Source: Aplysia californica (taxonomy: Eukaryota). Taken from it: a stretch of 64,000 nucleotides of DNA. This document shows positions 37,740 to 51,052 of this stretch, one piece after another. Under the pieces are notes generated by a model. It ran no database searches. It saw only the letters and a program-made list of their open reading frames with translations, and was not told the origin of the DNA. The translations under genes were made by a program, and so were the position numbers. The stretch spans positions 53,350 to 117,349 of the forward strand of contig NW_004797838.1 of NCBI RefSeq assembly GCF_000002075.1. Direction: 5' to 3'. Each line of letters begins with the position of its first letter. The stretch's first letter is position 1.

Positions 37740-37870
37740 GGTGGCTTACCGCATGTGGTTGGAAACGCATAGGCCTAATAATAATTATGCAAAAATAAAA
37801 AAAGGTTCACTTCCGATGCTACTTCGAGCGGGATGTGGGACCGCCTGCGGGCAGGACCATTAATTGTTTA
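37740..37870. promoter_or_regulatory. Probable bidirectional promoter, TRNAU1AP / REX1BD
   Basis: CpG-richer patch between divergent genes. Contains ETS-like CACTTCCG (about 37808) and a candidate minus-strand donor GCG|GTAAGC at about 37749. Confidence 0.4.
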
Positions 37871-38858
37871 CACACTTAACGATGGCAGGTCTCTCACTCT
37901 TTGCCTGTACACAATGAATTATGGTTCAAGGAACAGAGTGTGTACAAAGATAACGAGACACAAGCACCAGACAATAAATCCTCTTGCTCGGCAGTAGAAG
38001 GGTTGAAACTTGTTCAGACCAAATGGGCGAAGGCGTTAAATCGTGTTACTTAGTTTAATAATAATTAAGCAATCCAAGCTCTTTTCTTCACTTTCATTTT
38101 TTTCCTTTTTTTCTTGCCTCTTCTTTCCCTTTCTTCTTGAACAATTGGAGTTTGGAGCCAAAAGAGAACCAGTAGAGAGACAAATAAAATTCTTCGGGCC
38201 AGACATGCTAATTTCTGGGATTTGACTCCAAACTGACAACCCTGACTGTGACTATTCGGACACGAACAGTGATGAACATGATGCTGTAAAGCTACTACAC
38301 TGTGTCTAAATGGGTTATCCCTGAAACAAGAGGGTCAGTGACTGGTCTGTTCAGATGAGTTCAAAAGTTAAAACTGTGGGTAGAATGTTATCAATCTACA
38401 GAATTTGGTTGTTTTACAATTTTTAGGAGAACCAAATTTTGAAATATGGGCTTGGACTAATAGAAGCTGAAAGTTTTGAGTGAAATTGAATTGTACAGTG
38501 TTGTGTTTTTGGGTGGAACTATTGAAATCTGGGACACACTGCTTGCTGGATATTTTGCCATTGAGACAAAATTTGTGTCTTATTTTTGCAGTTTCCTGTA
38601 TGTTGTAAATTTATGAGTTTTCTTTGTTTCTATTTTTATTATATTATTTTTATTTGTTACCTGTGAAATATGTTGAAACTGATTTTGTGCCCCATGTTTT
38701 AAAATTTTCTTTTCAAAGGACTCCAGTAGAGCTGTGACCTCTATAAGTTGAACATACATTTGAATAAATGTCGTCATATTAAATTATGCAAATCTGCATT
38801 GTTTTTCTCCTCAGGTGTTGATCCACTCAGCTTACGTAGCCTTTTGTACGTCTTCAAG

Positions 38859-39091
38859 ATGGCCAGTGCAAATTGTCCTGCTGGAGACCCAAATGGGAGC
38901 CCAAAGCATTCCAACGGTCACGCCAGCCCCCTTGACATGTTGCGGAGATTTCACAAACTTCAAGCCGAGCGAGTGGCTGGCTATGACCTGTTTGAAGAGT
39001 AAGTCACTGAAAAATGTGTTTAATTTGTTTAACTGTCTTGGGCTTTTGTTAGGATTAAGAGTATTCCTGGGTATTGTGGGGCTGAAAAGGT

Positions 39092-39128
<37 letters not shown>

Positions 39129-41721
39129 CAGACCTACCACTCATCCACGTTTAATCTGGATATCCCTATTTTTTCCCCCAAACCTCAAGCATCCCGATTT
39201 TCACGATTTCAATCCTGTGTACACCGATTTTTTTGTTCCATCCGTTGCGTCAGATTTTTCTAAAAACTTACTCTGCCTTTTTCTCTGTCTCGGGAAGCAC
39301 CAGTTAAACTTTATGTCAGCATCAACTCGGAGCACTATTTTCCGAAATATTGATGCCTGATTTAGTAGTTGACTCACCCCAAGTTGTGTTGGAGCTTTCC
39401 TCGCACATGTTATTATTTTTTAACTACAATGGAAGTTGTATCGATTTGGCATTCCGACTTGGAAATTCTCCAGATCTACTTTAGTTTCTGTTTCCACTCA
39501 GAATTCGCTGATGATGGCCTGCTAACTGTTTCAATATCGACATAATGATTATTCGTAGTTCTGCTGTTACTTCCAAAACAAGCTTTGTCTGAGTTCTGAT
39601 TAGTTTGGCTCGTCATCAAGACCCGTCAGTAAAATTGTTGCAGTCGCACGTTCGCATCACATGACATTACTTCGGTATGGGAGTTCTGCATTCTGCCTGT
39701 TGGCAGGGTCAACTTAAGTTCATGAACACTGGTTGAAGTGTCTTTTGGGACTTTAGGGGGGGGGGCGTTAGACACTTGAACTGGGTGTGCTTGACATGAT
39801 ACTTCTGGATTTAAAAAATAATAAAAGACACGCATGCGCACACACAGACACATAGGGCGTATTCATGGAAATATTTATGGACACCTCAAGAAAGTTTTTA
39901 GTCAGCTTGGCAGTCTCCTTGGTGATTTGTCCTTGATCCCGATTTTTGTCATCAAATCCCAATTTTTTTCCCCTTGAGATACAGATTTTTAGATTTCAAA
40001 GAGTGGCAGGTCTGTGTATATATATTACTTTTCAAAGATTTTATGAGACTTGATTGTTATCTTTTTTGTTCAGCTCTGTTCTTAGCCATTACAAGGCGAA
40101 GCTGAAATCAATTGTCTTTTTTCTTTATTGTGTCCTGAAGAGATGATTTGTTATGCATAAAAAGTGGATCCAGTACGATTGTTGATGAGTTTTTATGCTT
40201 TTTTTTAAAGAGCATTCTAATCTATCATGTTTTATGCATCTTGGGCTTTCTAGGAATAAATTATAGAAACATAGCAGGAGATATGTATGTGAGGCATGGT
40301 GGTGAAATCGAGCACAAAATTGTCAAAATAATGAGTTCAAAGAAAATGGCATTTTTATTTTTGTTAGGCAATTTCTATTTTTAAAAATATTTTTTGCCTC
40401 AACACCTTTTATGTCAATTTTAAAACACATTGCTGTGTGGATTTAACTGAAAATTGTTGATTTAAGGCACACATAATTTAAATTTAGTTTCCAAGGACTC
40501 TCAAGCTTTGAAAGTCACCAACCTTTGGCAGTCATTCTCCCGCTTTTTTTACTTCTGAAACCAGGCGATCCTACCCCATTCAATGGCAAATATTTCGACT
40601 TTTATTCAAGATACTTGGGTATTTTTTTTTTTTATTGAAAGCAAGGCAAATGAATAAGCTTTTAGATGATGCCAATAAATCCATAGGCCGAAAAATTGAC
40701 GAGCGCCTGATTCCACAGCACCGTGACACATATATTTTTCTAATTGGTCAGTTTATGTTAAGCTTGGTTTTCTGAGATGTTGATGTCTCCCACATCCGGG
40801 GAAAGGGTCAGTACAGAGATAGTAGCGCTCTGACATTGTTGAGTGGAGAAAACTGTCTCGGTTTAATGATAATAATACTACTAATAATAATCGCAGACCT
40901 GCCACTCATCCCGATTTAGTCGGGATATCCAGATTTTTTGCCCCAAATCTCAATCCTCCCGATTTTCCCGATTTCGATCGTGTGTATCCCGATTTTTTGT
41001 CCCAGTCTGCTGTTGTGCCGGATTTTTCTAAAAACTTACTCTGCCTTCTCCTTTATCGCGGGAAGCACCCGTCGAACTTTTTGTCAGTAGGAACTCCGAG
41101 CACTATTTCCCGAAATATCGATGCTGCATTTAGTAGTTGACTAGCCCCAAGTTGTGTGTGATCTTTTCCCGCACTCAGAATTCTCCGATGATAGTCTTGT
41201 AACTGTTACAATTTGGGACGTTTAATAATTGATAATATTCGTAGTTCCGCTGTTACTTTTTTAAAAAAGCCTTGTCCGAGGTCTGGTAACAGCGCGTTCA
41301 CATCAAACACTAGGAAGAGTGACAGTCTTTCTCTAACCCTCACACAACTACATATAACTGCGCTGACAAGACTAACATAAGGCCATTGTCGTTTCTTTAG
41401 TCTGAACACATGAGATTTGTTGGTACATTTGGTCGGTCGGCCGCCGTCGTTTTTCTAGAAGTAGAACGACTGTTACTCATCAGAGTGTTTTGTGTGAACG
41501 TGCAGTTAATTGGACCCGTTAGTAAAATTGTTTCAATTGCGCATTCGCGTCACGTGACATATCATCGCCGTTTGAGTTCTGCGTGTCGGGAACCGTCAGT
41601 TGACGGGGTCAACTTTAGTTCATGTATTTCGGGACTTATCGGTAGGGGGGGGGGGGTGTAGACACTTGGACTAGGAGTGCTTGACGCGATGCTTCAGGAT
41701 TTACCAAAAATAATGATAACT

Positions 41722-41766
<45 letters not shown>

Positions 41767-43950
41767 CCGCACGCAAACAAACAAAGACACCCAGAGGACA
41801 TATAGATCTAGGCCAAGGAATTTATGGACACCCCTGGAAAAATTTTAGGTCAGCTGTGGCAGTCACCTTAGTGATTTGCTGTTGATCCCGATTTTTTTCT
41901 CCCTGAGATCCTGATTTTGGGGTTTCATAGAGTGGCAGGTCTGTAATCGGAATTTACATATTGCGCCAGATCCATAGAAGGCTGTAAGCACTGTACAATG
42001 CAGATTTATTGCTAAACTTAACTGACAAATCAAAGACAGAAAATGCACTTTATGAGACCATTTACCAAAACATTCACAACTCCCAAACTCACACACGTTA
42101 TCACAAAATTTGCTGGTAGAGGAGAGTATTGAACTAATGTGTTCTTTTAGACTTTTCTTAAACTGTGAGACATATTTGAACCGATAACACAGTTGATGGC
42201 TTCTTCTCCTCAGAGCGTTCAACAACTTTATCGGAGGAGCGCCCGAGTACGACTTCAGCGGGTACAAACAGAGGGTTGCTGAAATCACCATTTCCTTCAA
42301 GAGAATCTCGGAGGAAATCATCCACATCAAAAACTCTTTGAAAGACACACACAACAAGGAGGAAATTTCTGCACTCATCGACAAAGTTCAAGAGTTGGAA
42401 GAAACGAAGCTGAAGAGTGTGAGTGTTTTGTCTGCCATTGCTCTTTTTTTTTGGGGGGGGGGGGCAGGGGATTACTTATTTTATTTTTCAAATTGATGTT
42501 GCAAGGCAGCCTATTGCTCCCGTTTTTCTGGTATTTACCAATTTTTGGACCTGTTTTACGGCCATGGTCTCCGTACCGGAGAATACAAATTGGTTTTGAA
42601 TATCGGCAGTTTGGTGTACTTACTCCGTTTTTTTATCAACAAAAATAGAGTGTGCTTGGTGGCCATTTGCTGTGTACAATATAACACGGATGGCCCAAAT
42701 TTGTCGAGACCAGCCTCGGTAGTTTGAAGGATATCTTACAAAGATTAAGAAGAAGAAAAAAATGGGAATGCAAGCACAGTTCAGCGGGTGCGTGATTTCG
42801 AGTCTTCTGTGTTCAACCTATCCGTGCTATACTGTAGCTGGCTGCAATGATTTTTTATCCCTTTGGAAACTGAGTTGGTGAAAACGTGAAATATTGGACT
42901 GATTTTAGAGTGACTGAAAGTTTAAGATCTCTGATAATTGTTATTTGGATCATTTCAGATTTGTGTGTCTCACTTCGTCTTTTACAGTTTGTTGTCCTCT
43001 AGGTTGCTGTGAGTTTGTGTTTTGGGGATGGAAAAGTTCCTGTTCTGAACTCTTGGCTCTGTTGTTCCTGTTGTCAGTCTTACTTCTTTCCTAGCACCAA
43101 GTGACCGTTTTTGAGTTGATGTGGTACAATATACTGAAACTCTATTGCCGTGCTGTTCTTGATACTATGACAAATATTTGCCAAAATGAAACTTTTGAAC
43201 AGACCAATGTTTGCCCTCAGACTGCTGACTACCAAATTGCAAGGAAAAACGCAGCTGACGAGCCAGAGGATGAGGGAACTAGACAGGAGATCACTAACCT
43301 GCGCCAAAAGTAAGATATGTCGTATCAATCAGGTTTATTTTATATTTTGTGGTGTGTTTGGCGTGGGAAATGTAAGATGATGCTGAAATCATCAGATGTG
43401 TCGGTATACTGATCATTTTGGTTTATAACATTTGCTTCCTAATTCTAAACAAAACTTGTAAATTCCCAAGTTTAGCAAATGTTTTTTTGGATGGTCATGA
43501 AAATCCAAAGCTGATTACAAACTGCAAAACTCTATTTGAAGTAAGCTGACTTTCTAAGTAATAAATGTTTACAATTTTCTTGCCACTTTTCATGAATGAG
43601 GACAAAAAAATGTACACAAATTTATGCTGGTTAGGAGAAATGCAAAAGAGCAAAAAGACTACCGGTACTCTGGCTGTGTATAGTGTGTCTGAAGAAGAGA
43701 ACAAGGAGTTGTAGGAGCAGTCTTCTATCTTCTTTTTCTGCTGATCTGATATAGTTTGTTCTCTCATTAAAATTACAATATTTAATGTGTAAAGTTGTAA
43801 AGAAAAATGCTTCTTAGTTTAAGGGCTGCTGCTTCTTTTTATTTCAGGCTGGAAGAGTTAGCGCAAGAGATTACAGATGCCATGGAAGACCTCAAGTACG
43901 AGTCAGAAGATTTGTATGCTCAAGAGATTGACGAGGATTCTTTGAGATGA
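38859..43950 (+). CDS. REX1BD: Required for excision 1-B domain-containing protein (C19orf60 homolog), 178 aa
   Basis: Exons 38859-38998 (MASAN..LRRFHKLQAERVAGYDLFE), 42214-42418 (AFNNFIGGAPEYDFSGYKQRVAEITISFKRISEEI..IDKVQELEETKLKS), 43221-43309 (TADYQIARKN..), 43848-43950 (LEELAQEITDAMEDLKYESEDL..*). 537 nt in frame, GT-AG. The pattern LQxERVxxY..F..Y..V..IT..F..IS resembles REX1-B proteins as I recall them. Confidence 0.82.
39129..40014. mobile_element. Non-autonomous TIR element (CAGACCTRCCACTC termini), copy 1
   Basis: TIRs CAGACCTACCACTC / GAGTGGCAGGTCTG. Colinear with 40894-41943. Confidence 0.8.
40287..40731. mobile_element. ATGTG...CACAT TIR element
   Basis: Imperfect TIRs of about 30 bp. 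Homologous to the 18609, 49137 and 615 copies. Confidence 0.75.
40894..41943. mobile_element. Non-autonomous TIR element, copy 2, with 6-bp TSD
   Basis: CAGACCTGCCACTC / GAGTGGCAGGTCTG, with TAATCG on both sides (40888-40893 and 41944-41949). Confidence 0.85.
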
Positions 43951-46679
43951 TGAGAATGTTGTGTGCTGACGGTTGGTTGGTTGGATGGAGAAATTTGTCC
44001 GAGAGAGTAGAAAGCCATGGATGAGATGGCTGGGGAGACTTTTGTGTCTAGCATGGAGGGAGAGAGGACAGGAAGGAGGATGTGAGTGATGAGTCAGGGT
44101 GAAAGGGGAATTGTGAGAGTTGTACGCACACGATGTGGTTGTTTGTTGGTTGGTTGTTTCGGGGTTTTTTTCTGTTTTTTGTTTTTTGTGAGGGGGTGTG
44201 GGGGGGGGGGGTTGTCTTTTTACAGAGAAGTATGTGATTATTGTTGACTTCCCATTAATGATTTGCTTATACTGTTGTTTGAGAGTACCTGACCTTTGTC
44301 GTGACTCTGTCCAAAGTTGGTACAAATGCCTGGGTTGTTTTGTTTTGTTTCCTTAGATTTATGTTTTAAATTTTATAAATGTGTAAATAAAATACTTGAA
44401 TTTACATCGTATTTTGAATATTTTGATTCTAAAGATTATTTACAAAATTTATATGACAAATAGAAAAGTAAATGTATCAAGAAAAAGAAATGAAGTGAGG
44501 AAGAAGTTGAATGAGGCAGTATCCTTTTCAGATGTACTCTTTAGTAGAAGAAGCAAACTTTCATGTGCTGTGACTAAAGTGACACTCAGAAAAAGGAAAG
44601 CTTCATATGGGGGTTATATTGCCAGGTCTTACCACTGAAGGGCACAGTCAATCTAGTCATTGTAGTCTATACGTAAAACAGATCTGTTTCTGTTTGTAAA
44701 TGTGTTATAGTTTTTGTAAAATTGTCAGTAGGCCTACTTGAATGGGGACACAGAAAGAGTCTAGGTGAGATTTTTTTTTTTTTTTTTTTTTTTTTTGGAG
44801 GGGGGGTGGGATGTCATTGAGTGTTTTTCTTTTTCCTTGAGCGGGAGATAGCTTTGTGATATTATTGGTTGGAATATGTTTACATTTTTATGATTGTATT
44901 CAATTCGTGTTTGCAATACTCTTTTATTTTCCCATGATTCATCTACTGGGGTTCTGGAGGCTCTGAATTTTTTTTTTACCATAAACTCCAAGTGTTAAGG
45001 AAGATTCTGAAAAAAACTCGCAGTTTTGGTCATGGAGGGGTTGGCAGATTTGGGTATGGGAAAATAGGAAAGATGTTCGGATGTTGGTCTGATGATGAAA
45101 GTGTTGAAAGGGAGAGATACCCTTTCAGGTTTGGGGGGGGGGGGGGTTTGTTTTTTTTTAACTTGTACGTAATTATGCTTTCAGTTTCAGGTTGGAGATT
45201 AGCGAGTGTGGTGGGGAGCTTGCATGATATATAGCAACTTGACATGAAGTTGTTGTGGCAGAATACGTGTACATTATGATTTGTTTGTGCATCTTTGCTT
45301 CCATTTGTGTACATAGTGACACTGTATGAAAAGAATATTGGTTTTTTTTTAATTGTTTTACTTTATGTAGCCTACTTGTGAACAGAAGACACCACATGAA
45401 TGTTGCATAATTTTTTTGGGGGAGGAGGGGGGTTCAGTTAAAAGTTCAAGTTTTTCTTACTTTTAATCATTTTTGTGACGTTGGATGATTGGAAAATTAC
45501 TTTAGGTACACTTTGAGTACAAGTTATTTTGGGACACAGTTTTCGCTTTTGGTACTTTTTTTAGTGTTTACATCAGCTTTTACGTTAGTTTTTGTTTCAG
45601 TTCTTTAACTTTCAGGAAAACGTATTATCGGCATGAATTTTGTTTCCGAATTTTAAAAGATAGACAGTCAGACCTCTTTGTTGACAGTTTGTGTATATTA
45701 TTGTTTTGCTATCCTGTACATTAAATTTTGTCATTGATGGGGGGAAGGGGTAGGGTGTAGGTGTTGGAGGCAGAGGAATCTTTTGTAGTCATCTTTGTTT
45801 TGTTGTTTGGTTTGGGGGTTCACATTTGACGAATCTTATATTAAGTGTTGGTTGAAATCTTTTGTATTGGTGTATTGCCTGGAAAATGTGTGAATATTGA
45901 AGTCCTGATGTAAAAATTTTTAATTAATTTTCAGCTCACATAGTGACTGACCATTGTCGTATCATTAGACTTTACATGTGTTGGTAGGCAGTAGTTGCGT
46001 TGTGTGTGCAGACACAGATGACCTGGATATTGTTTTCCGTTCACAACGCCCAGCCTGGTCGGGTTTCTTTACCTCCATAAAAAAAAATTTCAAATGTTTT
46101 TTAATTTGAGAAAAAATAGCGCTGTTGATGGCATTCAGTGTCAACCATCAACCAAAGTCTCTCTCTCTACTCGTATTGTTCTGCTTTGCTTGCAACAGCA
46201 TCTGTGGTGAGATGTTTCCCCCCCCCCCCTCCCCCCAATTTTAAAAAATCAAGATCAGAGGAACCAAAAATGGAAACTTAATTTAAGGAGCGATGAAGAG
46301 GGCAGAGATGAGCAGAAACAATATTCCTCCTGTTCTTCCAAATGTTTCAGAGGTTACAGAGACTTGTGATTTGCTTAAAAATACTTGAGGAAAGTTCATC
46401 ATCATGTCATGCCTAGCCGGACAGTAGAACGATTTCTGCTCTTTATTTGTTAATAAGGACAGAATGATTGTCTTTATTTATGGACAGGAAAGGTGCAAAA
46501 CATTTCACGTTTTCCTACCAATATGAGGTGGATTGTTAATGTCAACTTTGATTTCACACACTGGATGAGTAAATTGTCGGTCAGAATTGATAGAGTGACA
46601 CGCATCATGTGACTCACGACTCAGGACTTTCTCCTTTTGTTCTCAAGTTTGTTGCAATTTTAGAGAACTACTGTGATGT

Positions 46680-47013
46680 GGCGCTGGTGGCCTAGTGGTT
46701 AGGTTACCGAACTCGTAATCATGAGGTTGCGGGTTCAGGGGTTCGAGCCGCGAGCCTGACTTTGTGTCCTTGGGAAAATTACACTTTACACAAATTTTCC
46801 TCACTTCACCCAAGTGCAAGATCTTATCAGTATGCTAGTGTTTTAGTGCCTGTAACTATAAATGGCCACTTGCACTGTATGCTTCCCAGGAAGTTGAAGT
46901 TGTTTCAGTCAGAGTGCTCTCACGTCTGCTGGGGTAATAATATAGATTGTGAAGCACATAGAGCTTGCTGTTGAGCTGGGATTTGCGCTATACAAATGCT
47001 ATCTATTATTATT
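46680..47013 (+). mobile_element. tRNA-headed CORE-like SINE with L2-type tail
   Basis: A box TGGCCTAGTGG, B box GGTTCGAGCC, CORE-like GTGTCCTTGGGAAA..CCTCACTTCACCC, tail GCGCTATACAAATGCTATCTATTATTATT. Confidence 0.85.
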
Positions 47014-47231
47014 CTGTAATGTCAATGGCAGCCCACATTTTGTTCTCTGTTGAACTTGAGAGAATTGACAGCTGTAGGTTCTGCTTCTACACTTAGGCAT
47101 AATGAAGCATCATCATTCTTTTCTCAGCCCTAGTTAACCACCATGCACTTTGACTTATTTCCTTGTCTTTTGAACATTTGGTCGTAGGCTAGGCTGTCCT
47201 CTCTGTCACTAGCTGTGAGGGGAGGGATATA

Positions 47232-47659
47232 CAGGGTGTCCAAAAAGTCGCGCACCATCCTGAAACACACTTATCCTTGTGGCACACTATCCGAAAACAC
47301 GCTTATTGTTACAGATGTTCAAATTGAGCTCCATTTTCATTGATACAACTCTCTACTCTCCGCAAAAAGCTGTTTTTAACTTTCCTTAGGGTATCTGGAT
47401 AGATGTTGTGACACTCAATTGTGATTTCGTGTCTCAGTTTGTCAAGAGAGCGTGGACGTTTCATGTACACAATCAATTTTAGAAGATGCCCCCATATGAA
47501 AAAGTCAAGTGGAGTAAGATCCGGTGGTCCTGGTAGCCACTCCACAGGCCTCCTCCGTCCAATCCATTTGTTTTTGAAGGTGTCATTCATCAAGTAATCA
47601 CGCACTTGAGTTGCAAAATGGGCCGGAGCTCCATGGCGCGCGACTTTTTGGACTCCCTA
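47232..47659 (-). mobile_element. Internally deleted Tc1/mariner element retaining the transposase C-terminus
   Basis: TIRs CAGGGTGTCCAAAAAGTCGCGC / GCGCGACTTTTTGGACTCCCTA with TA flanks. ORF 47309-47605 contains WIGRR..WLPGPPDLTPLDFFIWGHL, matching the WPxRSPDLxPLDFFLWG motif. Confidence 0.88.
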
Positions 47660-49136
47660 TAATATACATCATGTAGGTCCTCAGACAGTCCACCTTAGCT
47701 GTGTGCTCTGAGTCTTGGATACTCGTCAGCAGTTGCCTTATGTATCGTATAGTAAGATGAATGAATTGTTTAAGCGCTTAGCCCTCTTTCGTTGTCGATT
47801 CAAAATGGTTTTTGATTAAAGAGAGAAAAGGGCTTTTGATCTCTTTCAGTTTCAGTGTCATTGTTAGGTCTCCCTCTACTCATATCCTTCTGTGTTTTTC
47901 ACCAGGTTCTGTGAGATGTATCTCTCTAGAATTAAAAAAGCAAGTCCAGTGGAACTAAAATAAATAGTCCTGGTTCTTATGTTATTCTGAGAATCAGGTT
48001 GTGCTCTCCTCTCTTACCCTTCCCCCCCTGTATTATTGTATTATTTTAAAGTCTCAGCTGTGTTTTTCTGAGTATTAGTATTACTGTATAGTATGCATTT
48101 GAGACTGCCCTTACGTGTCACTCACGGACTCTGAGCTGGAATAGCAACAGGGTTGGCAGTTTACGTCCTAAATATTTGGCAGTTTGTGTCCTGGCTGAAT
48201 TTTCAGGAGTTTACTCATTGTTGAGTTGTTCATTTTCATTGATTTTTTTTGTTTTCATTCGATTTATTTTATTTTTATGACCTTTTTTCCTTTAAGGGAA
48301 TGTTTTGAATCTGCAATAGTAATGTTTTCTGAACATATTTTTCTTCGAACCTTATTTTCCAAAACCCATGATTGTTATATAAGTATCTTTTTGAGCAGAG
48401 TTGTGAAGTGTTCTTGGTCTTTATATATATTATAAATGAATGTTCTCAAATTTCCTTCATGTATCATTGCACTGTTACCTCCTTCACCGTACTCAACGTT
48501 GCACTATCACAGGATTCTTGTTGTTTTGTTGACGAGTTTTACAATAAATTACAGCTGTTTTTCTCATTTTGAAGAAACGAAACATAATTCATGATTTGTG
48601 TAAAAGGGCGGGCTAAAAAAAAATTTGTTTAATGTGAAGAAATAAGCACTTTCATAATATAGCAGCTTTTTATTAGATTTGATGTATAATAATTTAATTA
48701 CTTTACTTTTCCGATCCAGCGGCCATCTGGGTTCTAGCCCTTGGGCCTGTATAATCATTGAGTTAAAAAAACAATTGAATACCCTCTCCCTCCCCTCTTT
48801 GTGAACACTATTTCCTCTGTCAGTCTTTTACTTCTACTCGTTCTGAAAACACAGCACACCGACAGAACTCACAATAACAGTAGTGTGACTGTTGTAGGCC
48901 TATATCGTCGCCATGGTGATTAGACCGGCTAACCTAAGCAGAGTTTTTTTTTTTTTACAGGAGAGGGGAGAAAATTTGCTTGGATTTTGTTTCATCACGC
49001 AGGAATCTGGCTGCAGCAGGTGGCTTGTTCAACTTCATTTCTGTCTAGTCAAAATAATTCAGACCTGTCTTTGACTGAGCATGTGAAATGGATAATTTAC
49101 TACATGTGATGATTCATCAGATTTTTAAAAAATGTA

Positions 49137-49614
49137 AATGTGAGATTGTGAGCCATCATAGTAATCATAGGAAAATCAGGCACTCGTCAAAATAATGAAA
49201 TCGAAGAAACTGGCATTTTTCTGCCCATTCAGCAATTTTTATTGAATTTGAATTTTCTGGGGGTTCTTTGGCTCATTAACTTTCATGTCCTTGTAACATT
49301 CTTGTGAGTGTGAGGAATTTACTGAAGAAGGTTAGTTAAATAAAGGCACAAAAAAGTAAATTTAGTTTCCAAGAACTCTCAATGTCTGGAAGTCACTTAA
49401 CTTTGGCAGCCATGTTTCGCTAATTTTACCTCTGAAACTAGGCAACCCCCGCCTCATTCAATCGTAAATATCTTCCATTCAAGATAAATAAATAGGTTGG
49501 GTTTTTTTCATCGAAAGCAAAACAAATGAACAAGCGTTTTTTTTTTAGTTGAAACCAAAAACTCCTTGTGCCTCAAAATTGACGAGCGCCTGATTCCACC
49601 ACGTTATGACACAT
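49137..49614. mobile_element. ATGTG...CACAT TIR element
   Basis: Ends ..AATTGACGAGCGCCTGATTCCACCACGTTATGACACAT. Same family as 40287-40731. Confidence 0.7.
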
Positions 49615-50206
49615 ATTTTTAGGTTTAGCTGGTCTTATCACAAGGGCACCAATCATCCTGTATACTTTACCTTTCGACTGTTCTTATTCATTGAAAGAAA
49701 GGACAAAAGTGTGCAGTTCTACGTCACATAACACATTTTACCAACTTTATATTTTACACACACACACACACAGATGCAAGACAAGTATCTGGACTTGATG
49801 ATAGTTTCAAGTCTAAAGAAAGGTTCATCATAATGAATCAAGTTTTCTCTTTCTTTTTACATATTAGCTGCATTCTGCTAGCTTCCACAGTTTCTGCCGT
49901 CAATTTCTCATCTGTCCGCCAAATTTTAATGTTTTCCATTTACTCAATGTCCATTATATGTGTATATATTCAGTTTTTCTCTCCATTACTATACATACTC
50001 ATACATTGCAGATACTGAATCTACACCGCCAAATAAAATTTTGGAAACCTGGCAGTTTTGTTCTTTTTTTAGTAGAGGTTTTATGGCGCTCGCAACTGCA
50101 TAAAATAAGGTCATATGAGCGCCAGAAGATTAGAGGTGTTACAAGAGAGTAACAAACATAAAAAAGAAAATTTTGCTGTTGTTAACCAATTCCTGTCAAG
50201 CGCTGA

Positions 50207-51052
50207 GGCCTATTCCACACCTGGACAAATCTGTCGTTAGACCTTTTGGTCAGTTTTGTTGCGGAATTTAACTTCCAATTGAGCCGTACCGCATCTTAAG
50301 ACTTTGATATGAACAAGTTATTTTGAACATGAAATTGTCAGAGATAGTATGTGCTCTAATGTTTTCAATCAGACGGAAGAAACATAAAAAGACAATTTTG
50401 GATTCATCCACTTACCAGTCAGCGATTACTTAATAAAAAAGGCAGTTTTATCTGTTATAGAATAATCTTTCAAAGCTTTATTGCACAGCAACGGTTTGCT
50501 TTCAACTGCCCTTACTAATATTATGTCTCAGTCCAATTGACATCAACATCAATGATTAATTTTTTAAATATTTGCTGATGGTCCTTGCTCGATGTGCACA
50601 GAATGTAGTTTGGCATAAAAACAATGAGATGCATGTGTTGGTGAAAAGAACTCGGCGAGTCGTCAAAACACAACGTAAGTATGTGTGTAGGTGTATAGTG
50701 TATGGAACTCGGCGTGTCGTCAAAACACGACCGGATGTAAGTATGTGTAGGTGTATGCAACTCTGCCTGTCGTCAAAACACGCCCGGATGTAAGTATGTG
50801 TAGGTGTATGCAACTCTGCGTGTCGTAAAACTTCAGGGCAGTTTTATCTTTATTCTTAGTGCGGCACACTGCTCTATTCTCTTACTGGCTCAGTCGAGAT
50901 TTGTCGAACTCGGTTTGTGGCTGGTCACAACTTTTCATTTTCACGACTAAAATGTAGTGTCTAAGTCTAAGTAGTGCGGTAGGGTTCATATTACTCCATT
51001 GTTCACAACTCCCTTTGTCTAAACACAGATTTGTCTAGGTGCGATATAGGCC
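50207..51052. mobile_element. Harbinger-like MITE with an internal 50-60-bp tandem repeat (50645-50830)
   Basis: TIRs GGCCTATTCCACACCTGGACAAATCTGT / ACAGATTTGTCTAGGTGCGATATAGGCC. Internal unit AACTC..GTCGTCAAAACAC..GTAAGTATGTGTAGGTGTA, three or more copies. Confidence 0.7.

Noticed and set aside
50645-50830. CRISPR-like repeat array
   Set aside because: The units are contiguous tandem repeats without unique spacers, inside a eukaryotic MITE.
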